Positions 23,513 through 34,397 of a stretch of 64,000 bases of DNA are shown in pieces; within the stretch, counting starts at the first letter, position 1; each line of letters begins with the position of its first letter. The notes beneath the pieces were generated by a model. That model worked only from the letters and a program-made list of their open reading frames with translations, was not told where the DNA came from and ran no database searches. The stretch lies in assembly GCA_965603825.1 (NCBI GenBank), contig CBFDEM010000044.1, positions 372,001-436,000 of the forward strand, written 5' to 3'. This DNA is from Blepharisma stoltei ATCC 30299. Taxonomy: Eukaryota > Protista > Ciliophora. The position numbers and the translations under genes were made by a program.

Positions 23513-26389
23513 TTAAGCCATTGCCATTTCAGGTCTAATACGTTCTAGGGGTGCAAACCATCATTCTAAAAATGTTTCTTTATCGATATATCCATTTTTG
23601 TCACTAAGCAATTTTTCAGCTTGTCTGCTGATTACATCTTGATACTTGAACATGTAAGACATGTCATCACTGACGCACAAAATATGCAAATGCAAGCTCA
23701 AGCATAGCCTATGCAGTAATGAACCTGTCAGAGTATTGATATTATTTTCAGTGCAAACTTTATCATATTTTTTTGCGACTTGCTTTCTGGTCAAATGCTC
23801 TTTTTCCAGCTTTGTTTTCCATAAGCTCGAAACTTTTTTCAGGAAGTATCTTTTGGCACCTTCTGAAGGCCAAACCCATCTTCTTTCTTCCATTTTAGAT
23901 ACAAGTGGCCCACAATGCCTGGTTCTCTTGCACCCAGGATCTTCCCATTTCCCTCCACAGCATCTCCAATGAGGCTCCCAAAGCACGATAGTATCTTGCC
24001 CTTTAAGTATTCCTGAGTGTCCGAAGTCCCAATAGCCAGTATGGCACTGGCAGGCTCTATCATGATTGTCAGTCTCTTTATAGGTTTTTTCACATGTGGA
24101 ATTCAAGCAATATCTGGCCTCATTATCAAGTGCTTCTTTATTTTTTTTCTTCTGATAAGGATTTATGTATGGCTTAATTTCTGTATTGAAAAACCTTGAA
24201 CTTGTAGCCGTTTTCGAAAAAGTTTCCTTTTTAGAGGTCCGGTTTGGCTGGATCCCTGGATTTGTGACAGATTTTGTGATAAAATAAATTTTTGCTTCTT
24301 CATCGGGATACTCTGCAAATCGATGCTCATCATCAACGCATCCGCCAGATTCCATACCCATTGGGTCGGCTTCAGCGTTGCAACAAGACCAAAAGCAGCC
24401 CCCTCTTTCGTTGAACTCTAAGTGTCCACTGTGGTAAGAGCAAGAATTGTTTGGCTTATTTTTTTTACCACATGTATTGGGGTCTGGGAAAGATCTTCCA
24501 CAAAATGAATCGGGATGAAGACTGACTGGGTTATTTTCACCTCTATTTATACACTTATGCATGACAAAGGAATTTGGAACTCCTTCGTGGAATCCTACTT
24601 TGCAGCCTGGGCTTGTCCATTCTCCTCTACAGCATGTCCAATTTTCAGGCCATAGACCATGAATACTCCCGAACTCCCATCTTCCAGGATGATATCTGCA
24701 GGCTCTTTTATGATTTTTACCATAAGTATATATTTTTGATTGGCAGCCCCAATGCTTACAATACATTTCTTGATCAGACAACAGTTCCAAGGTCTCCTCT
24801 CGCTTTTTTTGCCCACTCATTCTGGGATCTTCTGATAGTGTTATCAAGCTCATAACGCAATCAGGATGTCTATTATCTTCTCCAGCTTCCTTTCTATACT
24901 CTGCTTGGAATTTTGTTAATTCTTGCGTGTTTCCATACACATAGGCAACTAAATAAATAGAATCCAATACATACCTCGTTACTGGCCTTTCATTTTTTAT
25001 TTTATATAGCTTAAGCCTCCCAAATTTATCTTTATATTGATCAGATCCAACCCCTTCAATAGATGCTGCAAAAGTCCCAATCCTTGGAGGTCCATATTTA
25101 TTTCCTACGATCTCACATGCAGGAAATTCTTCTGAAATATCTTTATAGGCATCATTAAACCAGGACTGGTATTCTCTTTCGCTATGTCTAGTTGTAGTCT
25201 GATGTGAGCCGCAATTTACACAAAAATCAATGCACACTTCAAAATTTCCGCTTCGGTTGTTCATGAATTCCTCACAAATCGTGTAGATGTGGTTAAATTT
25301 CTCACGAGGGTCCATATCCGCTGAGCCAAATTGCTCGCCGAGTTCGATGGAGTCTGTATAAGATCGGAGATTGTCAAGGAAGTCCAAGTAGTGAATTAAG
25401 TCTACTGGGTCGTCATTTGGTCTTTCTGGGGGTACTGAGCTATAACTTTTTGCAGCTTTGGCTAGGGCCAGAAGTTCTTTTTTGGTAAAGTAGAGATTTA
25501 CTTGGTAAAGAGGTGGCATCATTCTGTCGAGTTCAAGCTTGTCAAGGATATTTCCTTCATCGTCTCTATATGTTGGCAAAGCTGCTCTCAGTATTCTATA
25601 AATTGCTGCAAGCCAATCAAAATACGGCAAGAGCTTCCCTACCTTCATATACATTTTGGGGTTTGCCTGGAAATACTGATCCAGTCTCTCAAAAACTGTC
25701 AGCTGCGCTGCTCCTTTATCTTGTTTCTTAACTGTTCTTGTAGTTTCTAGCATTTTTGGAGCTTCTGCATCTTTAATCAAAGTTTGTGTCATTCCTTCTG
25801 TTTTTTTCATATAAAATATCTGTGAAGTCTTAAATGCATTCGACTCATTCCAATTCTGCATCCCGTGCTGGTACATCCTTGAAACTTCATCCCCAGGCAA
25901 AGCAGAGAAGAAAAATATTGGCTCAGCAATTGACCCAATAAAACCATGATTCCAAGGATCTTTTCCAATATAGCACTTCCCTTCATTAAACAAGCTTTCG
26001 TTCCTTACAGCAATCTCTGAGTCCAAAACCCCATTAATATATAGAGTAGCTTCTGTATATTCTGCTTGGTGAAGTGTGAAAACCACATGAACCCATTTTT
26101 TCAGTTGAAGTTCGGCAGATGCAAATAATCTTTCACTGCTCCCTCTCTCAGTATCAAATTTTACTAAAAGATTTTTCTCTTGCAATGATATTGTAGGCTG
26201 TGAGGTGAAGTTGTCTCCTTTGTGGAAAACTGTGACTTGGCGACCTTTTAATACTTTTTGAAGATAGATTCAAAAGGAGATGGAGTATTCTTTGCCAAGT
26301 TCTTTGAAATTGTCACTTTCAATGCTTTCTATCACATCACCTTTGAACTCAATTGCACCTGTGAAGAGCTCTAAAAACTTTAAGGACAT
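23513..26389 (-). CDS. 958-aa multidomain protein: LamG/ConA-like + Rdx-like CxxC + three CHORD/Btk-like Zn repeats + EF-hand-like end
   Basis: YSISF-W(TGA 26270)-IY..KWVHVVFT..LYING..IGKDPW; IDFCVNC..PRIGTF; three C..H.G...W.CC...GC....H repeats; DKNGYIDKETF. TAA at 23513-23515. Confidence 0.8.
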
Positions 26390-26525
26390 ATTTTGAGCAG
26401 TTATTTATATATAAAGTTATTAAGATTTAAATTTATTAGTTTTATATGCGAGTGGGAATTTGCTGGGACGATATTAATCATCCTTTCTCTAATATGAAAC
26501 TTATGGATTATGTATTATAAAAGAC

Positions 26526-27138
26526 ATGAACAAATTGTGCAGGTTTTTTGCCTCACTCAACAAAATTCAAACTGGGACTGATAAAAAGGCATATGTGGGG
26601 TATATTATTTACCGTGACTCCGTAGCCTTAAGTGTTTCTCCCTTGAAAGCTAAATTTACAATGTCTACAGGAGGATACTTAAAAAATGCCAAAAAAGGTG
26701 CTCTATTAGTTGAGTTTATTCCATACAGAGATGACCCAATTGACAACCAGAGACTAAACTTGCTGCCAAAAGAAAAAAAAATGATTTCTCTCACAGAAGA
26801 CCACATTATTAAACTGATAGCTCTTAAAGAGGAATCTCTAGAATTTCAGCGTAATAATAGATGGGACGAAAAGAAGCTTACGGTCTCCAAGCAAGCCGAG
26901 CTCTGGAAATTTACTTTAGCTACTATCAATAGAAGCACAGAACTATTAACTAAGAGTGAAATAAGCTTAAAGCCTCAAGAGTTCTCAATGATAAAAAGAC
27001 TATGTGAGGTATTTTCTAATATAGTTTTCTATGCCTTATATACAAGGTTGGCAAGTGCTTGAAAACCCGCAGCTTGCAGATGGATTAATTATTTCTCCAG
27101 AAGAACTGAAAAAGCCACAAAATGATGACATGATTTAA
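26526..27138 (+). CDS. Whirly-like ssDNA-binding protein, probably mitochondrial (one 16-nt intron)
   Basis: YVGYIIYRDSVALSVSP...GALLVEFIP and, after splicing, EFSMIKRLCEFSMPYIQGW. These match the Whirly N- and C-terminal patterns (Y..YSIYKGKAAL..P; EF.V......PYLLGW). Confidence 0.72.
27009..27024 (+). other. 16-nt spliceosomal intron GTATTTTCTAATATAG
   Basis: Removal restores the Whirly C-terminal motif; A at -6. Confidence 0.85.
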
Positions 27139-27236
27139 ATAATTCATTCGGATATTCGCCTCTATACAAATTTTATTAATAAGCGCTGGATCTTTAGCAG
27201 GAAACCTTAAGAATATATTAGCCAAAAATTTTAATA

Positions 27237-27845
27237 TTAAAGCCATCTTAACAACTTTGGATTTTTGCACTCAAGCATTTGCAAAATGCCTTGAATGTCG
27301 GTTAAGCTGCTTTCTTGAGGAATCAGCTTCGGATCAATCACAACTCTATGCAAGGAGCATCGATGCGATCTTTTATTTTGATTTTCTTTATGGGAGCTAT
27401 AAACAATTTCTTGCTTAAGATAATTATCATCAGCCCTAAAATTTCTCTTTTCTGGGGTTTTTGATTTGGAGCTAATTCTGTTAAGCTTATAATGCTCAAT
27501 TCTATCAATTATTTTTTTCCTTTCATTTTCAACTTTCAGCGATTTATCTCTAATTTTCAGCATTCTGCATAATATATTTTTTCTTTGACTGAATGAGTCT
27601 ACAAAAGATCTTTCCTTAGCTCTTATATCTCTTAAAATTGATTGGGATCTAGTATAGCCTGGCTTTTTTGTGAAAAAGTTTCCTACTGATGGCGATCTAA
27701 TTATGCCTGAGATATAATAAGTAGAAGAATTGAAATCGGTTGCAACGTTTTTGGAGTTCTTAGATGACGGAGTGCAAGAGTGATGCTTGGAATAATGTCT
27801 CGGGGTAAAAGAGGTTTGCACTTCTACTTCAGACACAATGTTCAT
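27237..27845 (-). CDS. Hypothetical basic protein (202 aa)
   Basis: ATG-to-TAA ORF with coding-like composition; no recognised domain. Confidence 0.65.
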   Translation of the reverse strand: MNIVSEVEVQTSFTPRHYSKHHSCTPSSKNSKNVATDFNSSTYYISGIIRSPSVGNFFTKKPGYTRSQSILRDIRAKERSFVDSFSQRKNILCRMLKIRDKSLKVENERKKIIDRIEHYKLNRISSKSKTPEKRNFRADDNYLKQEIVYSSHKENQNKRSHRCSLHRVVIDPKLIPQESSLTDIQGILQMLECKNPKLLRWL

Positions 27846-28095
27846 TTATACATTTCTATATCCTTATAATAAGAACAGTTGGTATTATATGAAAATCTTA
27901 CACTCTATTCAAATTAAACCATCAAGAGAATTAGCCGCTTCTATCTTATTCTTGAACACAATAAATAAACAATAGCTGATAGGAATTAAAGAATGCTCAA
28001 GATATTATATTAAATTGAGTTTAGAAATCTCTCATTTCTTTATATCGTTGAATCTTCTTATCAGATTTAAATTTAAGAAAAATGGTAATTTTAAA

Positions 28096-29091
28096 ATGTC
28101 ATCATCGTTTAAACCCGTTAGCTTCCAAAGCATCAACATAGGGAAGCATATAAAAAGTTCCAAAAAAAGATATGAGTGAATCTTTGAATTGGACTCAAAT
28201 GTGCATACAATCGACCTTTTTGTCAGCAGAATTTCAGGGAAAAGGACAATAATCGTTGATAATGCCAAAAAAGTTGATTTCAGAGAAAATTCATCTGATC
28301 CTGAAGCATCTGGCAACATCAAAATAAGTCACTATATGTTGAGGATTCATGAAACAAGTGGGCTGAATTTTGACCTGACTTGTGGAAAAGCTTCATTTTC
28401 TGCTTTATTGAGCAAGCAAAATGAAAGTAATTCAAGTCAACAAAAATCTGTGTGGGAAAATAGAAAGGATACAAAAGAAAATGTTGTCCCAAATGTAGAA
28501 AAACCAAATAAAGAGGCAATTACCAAACCTCTAATAGTAAAAAGAGCTAGTCTAAATCCTCAAGAGCAGCCTAAACCTCAATACCCTGCGAGATATTCTG
28601 TTGATGCAGGAAAACCTAAAAGTGTAGCTGCTGAACAAAAGCCAAAAGAAATTGATCTTTTGGCACCACCTGAGCCAGATTTAAGTAAAATCCCTGATGA
28701 TTTGTTCGCAAATATTGAAGTGCAGCCAAGATCATATAGCTGCAGCGCAAATCCATTTGAAAGTGGAAATAATTTTGATTGGAAAGGAGAAAATCCTTCC
28801 AAAAATGTCAAAAATGCCGCACCAGTGCATCAGCCAGAGCAAGGCACTTTTGATCTTTTCGATTTAGACAGCTTGCATCTTGGAGATGGTTATTCTCCAG
28901 CTGTGGCTAAAAAAATCGAAGAAGCGAATAAACCAATTTGCTATTTACCCTCAAATATTCCAAATATGCCATTAAATCAGCTTCAAACTAATAGACCACA
29001 GCCTCAGAATCCATTTGGCGCTCAAATGATAAACCCTATGATGATGGCATACAATCCATATTATATGAACATGAATCAATGGAACCAGTAA
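28096..29091 (+). CDS. FAIM-like N-terminal domain protein with an NPF/DLL-motif tail
   Basis: ATG at 28096; YE-W(TGA)-IFELDSNVHTIDLFVSRISGKRTIIVD resembles the FAIM beta-domain. The disordered tail has two NPF, a DLL and FDLF. Confidence 0.7.
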
Positions 29092-29520
29092 AATGTTTAT
29101 AAATAAAAGTTTAATGCTTTTAATAGTAAAAAATTCCTTATTAAGTAATTAGGGTGGTGGAACTAATTTCATAATCATGCTAAAATTAGTCAGCAGTTAA
29201 TAGTCATGAGTTTTCGACTATTCTAAGCTAAAATATAAAAATAGCATTTTTATCTAATATTAGAAATTTGAAAGCTGGTATTAGGACTTTTAAGCTGATA
29301 ATTTATATTAAAAATATGCAACTCTGTTTGTATTACTATCGCGAAATAGTAGATCATTAAAGATAAAAGGTTGTGCAATTTTATAGAGCACAAAATTCAT
29401 AACATTTTTACAAACACATTTTTTGGAACTTAAAATGTTTTTATTTAAAATTGAAACGCTTTTCTACCCAGGAAAATTCGATTGATTAATTTTTAATGTT
29501 ATTTCTACCTGATAATATAA

Positions 29521-31008
29521 ATGGGCTGTGGAACTTCCAAAAAGTCCTTCAAAGATGTTAGTCCAACCAAAGTTGTCCAAAAAGAGGTAAAACTTTCAAA
29601 TAATGTTGCCTCCGCTACTCCTTCTTCAAAAAATCAAGAGCAGCAAATATCGTCTCAAAAAAAGCCTGAAATCTCTAAACCTCAGCAGCCTCAATCAAAA
29701 AATCCTTCATCCGCTCAAAAGTCAGCGAAAGAAGAGAAATCTCTTGAGCCAGCCAAAAAAGCTGCTGCATCTCCTGTCCCAGCGGAAAACTCAAAGAAAT
29801 TACTAAATTCACATGAGGTTCCACAAAAGGGTCATGGAGAAACCAGCATAGACGGCCATCTCTCAGAAGGCATCAGATCCAATAAGGCGAATTTAAATAA
29901 TACTTACGAAGCTCTAAAAGACAGATCTCCTCAGCCTTGTACTTTAGGAGATGCTCAAGGCGTAGCGATGGCATTTTATGAGCCAGGTACTACGCTATCA
30001 CCTCTTCCATTTCGCCACCCTGAACTTCTTGATAGAGAAATTCGAATTAATGTGACTCATGTAGGCTGTTGCCAAGGTGATGTGCTTTGGGGAACCCAAG
30101 CTTTCTTTCCTGGCGTCCATTACCCTCTTGTTCCTGGTCACGAAATTGTTGGAATTATTGATAAAGTTGGAGAAAAAGTGACTAAATACCAACCTGGCGA
30201 CAAGGTAGGCTTTGGAGTATGGCGAGACTGTTGTGAGCAATACGATTCTTGCTTGCACTGCCGCACTGGAAACGAAAATTCTTGCTCAAAACGAGTAGGT
30301 ACTTATGACCCTCACTTTGGAGGATATGCGACGTCATTCCAAGCGAAAGGAAACTTTTTCTATAAGCTTGATGACAGTTTTCCAGGAGAGGCAGCACCTT
30401 TATTCTGTGCAGGCATGACTGTATTTCCGCCACTCCAAAAAGATGTCGTTGGTGGGATGAAAGTGGGTGTTGTTGGAATCGGAGGACTTGGACATCTAGC
30501 TTTAAAATTTGCAAGAGCAATGGGTACTGAAGTTACAGCTATTTCTACGAGTTCGAGTAAAGAAACTGATGCAAAGGAGTTTGGCGCACATCATTTTATT
30601 AACTTAAAAGATGAAAAACAGGTGAAAAACGGGATCGGTAGCTTAGACTATATTATTAATACAGCTACAAGCTATGATATCGGCCAGTGCTGCTCGTTAT
30701 TAAAGCCAAGAGGCACCCTTAATCTTTGCGGAGCTCCAACTGCAGGAGAAAATTTGAATTTCAATTTGCTTCAAATTCTCATTAACCAGCAAAGAATTCA
30801 GGCAAGTCTTGTAGGATCAAGACTGGATGGAGAAGCAATGCTTGACTTCGTAAGGATCAAAAATATTTATCCGACAGTCGAAGTTTATAAGTTTGCGGAC
30901 GTCCAAAATGCCATTAACTCTTTAGCATTTGGCAACCCTCATTATCCTAATTATAGGGCCGTTCTTGAGATGGGAAGCTTTATGAAAACTTTCACCCCGG
31001 CTAACTAA
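29521..31008 (+). CDS. Zn alcohol dehydrogenase copy 2 with an N-terminal MGC acylation motif and an ~120-aa linker
   Basis: MGCGTSK start, low-complexity S/K/Q/P linker, PGHEIVG, GIGGLG. Confidence 0.9.
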   Translation: MGCGTSKKSFKDVSPTKVVQKEVKLSNNVASATPSSKNQEQQISSQKKPEISKPQQPQSKNPSSAQKSAKEEKSLEPAKKAAASPVPAENSKKLLNSHEVPQKGHGETSIDGHLSEGIRSNKANLNNTYEALKDRSPQPCTLGDAQGVAMAFYEPGTTLSPLPFRHPELLDREIRINVTHVGCCQGDVLWGTQAFFPGVHYPLVPGHEIVGIIDKVGEKVTKYQPGDKVGFGVWRDCCEQYDSCLHCRTGNENSCSKRVGTYDPHFGGYATSFQAKGNFFYKLDDSFPGEAAPLFCAGMTVFPPLQKDVVGGMKVGVVGIGGLGHLALKFARAMGTEVTAISTSSSKETDAKEFGAHHFINLKDEKQVKNGIGSLDYIINTATSYDIGQCCSLLKPRGTLNLCGAPTAGENLNFNLLQILINQQRIQASLVGSRLDGEAMLDFVRIKNIYPTVEVYKFADVQNAINSLAFGNPHYPNYRAVLEMGSFMKTFTPAN

Positions 31009-31629
31009 TACATTTATGGAAAGATAATTATTTCTTTAATGAGTAATAATGAAATCTAAAACAGATTTTAGATTACGTAAGTAGTTTTTCTGACAATCTA
31101 AAAAGACATAGAATGTCTCTGATTGCAGTTCGTAATTCTCGTCAAGGTCAAAAACGGCATTTCTAAATTTATAGACGACCCCATATTATATGAATAGGAA
31201 TCAGTTAAATATTTATAAAAAAGTTTAATGCTTTTAGTAGTAAAAAAATTCCTTATTAAATAAACTAGAGTGGTAGAACTAATTTCATAATCATGCTAAA
31301 TATAGTCAGCAGTTAATAGTCATGAGTTTTCGACTATTCTAAGCTAAAATATAAAAATAGCATTTTTATCTAAAATTAGGAATTTGAAAGCTGCTATCAA
31401 GACTTTTAAGCTAATAACTTATATTAAAATTTGCTATTCGGTTTGTATTGCTATCGCGAAATAGTAGATCATTAAAGATAAAAGGTTGTGCAATTTTTAT
31501 AGCACAAAATTCATAATATTTTTACAAACACGTTTTTTGGAACTTAAAATGTTTTTATTTAAAATTGAAACGCTTTTCTAGGAAATTCAATTGATTAGTT
31601 TTTAATGCCATTTCTACCTGATAATATAA

Positions 31630-33067
31630 ATGGGCTGTGGAGGTTCTAAAAAGTCCTTGAATGATGCTAGTCCTACCAAAGCTGCCCAGCAAGAGGCAAA
31701 ACTTTCAAATAATCCTTCTTCAAAAAATCAAGAGCAGCAAATATTGTCTCAAAAAAAGCCTGAAATCTCTAAACCTCAGCAGCCTCAATCAAAAAATCCT
31801 TCATCCGCTCAAAAGTCAGCGAAAGAAGAGAAATCTCTTGAGCCAGCCAAAAAAGCTGCTGCATCTCCTGTCCCAGCGGAAAACTCAAAGAAATTACTAA
31901 ATTCACATGAGGTTCCACAAAAGGGTCATGGAGAAACCAGCATAGACGGCCATCTCTCAGAAGGCATCAGATCCAATAAGGCGAATTTAAATAATACTTA
32001 CGAAGCTCTAAAAGACAGATCTCCTCAGCCTTGTACTTTAGGAGATGCTCAAGGCGTAGCGATGGCATTTTATGAGCCAGGTACTACCCTATCACCTCTT
32101 CCATTTCGCCACCCTGAACTTCTTGATAGAGAAATCCAAATTAATGTAACTCATGTAGGCTGCTGCCACAGTGATGTGTTTATGGCTACCCAAGCTTGGT
32201 TTCCTGGCGTCCATTACCCTCTTGTTCCTGGTCACGAAATTGTTGGAATTGTTGATAAAATTGGAGAAAAAGTGACTAAATACCAGCCTGGCGACAAAGT
32301 AGGCTTTGGAGTATTGCGAGACTGTTGTGAGCAATACGATTCTTGCTTGCACTGCCGCACTGGAAACGAAAACTATTGCCCAAAACGAGTAGGGACTTAT
32401 GACCCTCACTTTGGAGGATATGCGACGTCATTCCAAGCGAAAGGAAACTTTTTCTATAAGCTTGATGACAGTTTTCCAGGAGAGGCAGCACCTTTATTCT
32501 GTGCAGGCATGACTGTATTTCCGCCACTCCAAAAAGATGTCGTTGGTGGGATGAAAGTGGGTGTTGTTGGAATCGGAGGACTTGGACATCTAGCTTTAAA
32601 ATTTGCAAGAGCAATGGGTACTGAAGTTACAGCTATTTCTACGAGTTCGAGTAAAGAAACTGATGCAAAGGAGTTTGGCGCACATCATTTTATTAACTTA
32701 AAAGATGAAAAACAGGTGAAAAACGGGATCGGTAGCTTAGACTATATTATTAATACAGCTACAAGCTATGATATCGGCCAGTGCTGCTCGTTATTAAAGC
32801 CAAGGAGAAAATTTGAATTTCAACCTGTTTCAAATTCTTATTAACCAGCAAAGAATTCAGGCAAGTCTTGTAGGATCAAGACTGGATGGAGAAACAATGC
32901 TTGACTTAGTAAGGATCAAAAATATTTATCCGACAGTCGAAGTTTATAAGTTTGCGGACGTCCAAAATGCCATTAATTCTTTAGCATTTGGTAGCCCTCA
33001 TTATCCTAATTATAGGGCCGTTCTTGAGATGGGAAGCTTTATGAAAACTTTCACCCCAGCTAACTAA
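31630..33067 (+). pseudogene. Zn alcohol dehydrogenase copy 3, frameshifted
   Basis: Lacks 35 nt present in copy 2 (30711-30745) at junction 32804/32805, giving a premature TAA at 32842-32844. The remainder continues in another frame. Confidence 0.8.
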
Positions 33068-33165
33068 TTCATAATATGGAAAGATAATTATTTCTTTAAG
33101 ATAGTACTGTATTATAATGAAATCTAAAACAGATTTTAGATTACGTAAGTAGTTTTTCTGACAAT

Positions 33166-33739
33166 CTAAAAAGACATAGAATGTCTCTGATTGCAGTTCG
33201 TAATTCTCGTCAAGGTCAAAAACGGCATTTCTAAATTTACAGACGACCTTGCTGAGACCTCTAGAAAATGATATCCAAAGCTATCTGCGAATTCTTTTCC
33301 CTCCTCATACGCCACAACTCTTTGATTTTCCAAATCGCTTTTATTTCCAATTAAAAACACAGTAGAATCTGCACCTGCATAGAGCTGTACGTCCCTGATC
33401 CATCTTTTTAGATTTACAAAAGATGTTCTATTAGTAATATCATAGACAATTATGATACCTCTTGCATCTTTATAAAAGTGAGAATAAATCACTTTATATC
33501 TCTCATTACCTGATGAAGTCCACAATTCCAACATGCATCTTCTACCATCTTGAAGGGCTGAAATAGAATTCTAACTAAGCCAATACCTTTTCTATTCCAA
33601 TTGTTGGAAGATAGAGATCTGAATATCTGCCAAGACAAAAACGATTGATCAAGGTAGATTTTCCGACTTCTGAGTCACCGATTAGGATGACTTTTAAGGT
33701 ATCTTTGCTATTTTGAGATTACTTTGCATGCTCGTCCAT
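33166..33739 (-). CDS. Divergent Rab-family GTPase (two tiny introns, 180 aa)
   Basis: Spliced product KVILIGDSEVGKST..PTIG..LWTSSGNERY..IIVYDIT..GNKSDL..EVSAR. Confidence 0.85.
33571..33586 (-). other. 16-nt intron GTATTGGCTTAGTTAG
   Basis: Removal joins the Rab G2 exon to the G3 exon in frame; A at -6. Confidence 0.85.
33708..33722 (-). other. 15-nt intron GTAATCTCAAAATAG
   Basis: Contains an in-frame TAA; removal links ATG 33739 to the P-loop; A at -6. Confidence 0.85.
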
Positions 33740-34397
33740 GTGTTAAATTTATGTAAGAGAATTTTTCCTCATATTAATATTTTGTTGCCGAGAAAAAGGA
33801 GATTTGGCTTAAACTTGAAAAAAGAAATAAAATAATCATAAGCTATAAAGCGCTTAATTTTAAGCTTAACACAAGACTCTCAATTGAAGGCAAAGAGAAT
33901 TTATATGTTTTTGTTTGTTAAGTCAAGTTTGATTTATGGGAAATACAAAACGATGCTGTAAGATAATTAGAAAATTCTTAAAATCTTTGAAGAAACCTGA
34001 ATAATACAGCATCCTAATCCAATCACTATATTTCCAGATAATTTGAGAGCCCACTACAAGAAAAGCGACATTAAGAGCTTCCGATTAGTGAAATACGCTG
34101 CGGCTTAACAGGGAACACTTTAATAATTCTGACTATAGAAATATGTTCTGATTTATTTAAATATTGAGTATAAAACGATTATATCGATGCTGTACACAAA
34201 GATTTTAGGTAATATAAAGTGCCAAGTTGATGAAGGAAAAAGCCTATAGCTATTTTCCAATAAAATTTTACAATTTTTTCTTTTTTTAAAAATTTCATGT
34301 TCTGGTGAAACCATAAAAACTAATGGAAGATAATCTAAATTGATGACTCATATTTTCATAAGCATTTTTCAGCTAAATTTGCAATTCTGATATAAAT

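Larger units (their letters stand above)
29056..33248 (+). repeat. Direct tandem duplication, about 2.1-kb unit (29056-31180 / 31181-33248)
   Basis: Promoter, ADH gene and downstream flank are near-identical. The junction GACGACC|CCATATTATATGAA joins Rab 3' sequence to FAIM-like gene 3' sequence. Confidence 0.9.

Noticed and set aside
30711-30745. The 35-nt segment missing from ADH copy 3 as an intron or IES
   Set aside because: It does not start with GT, is not TA-bounded, exceeds the 15-16-nt intron size, and is required coding sequence in copies 1 and 2.
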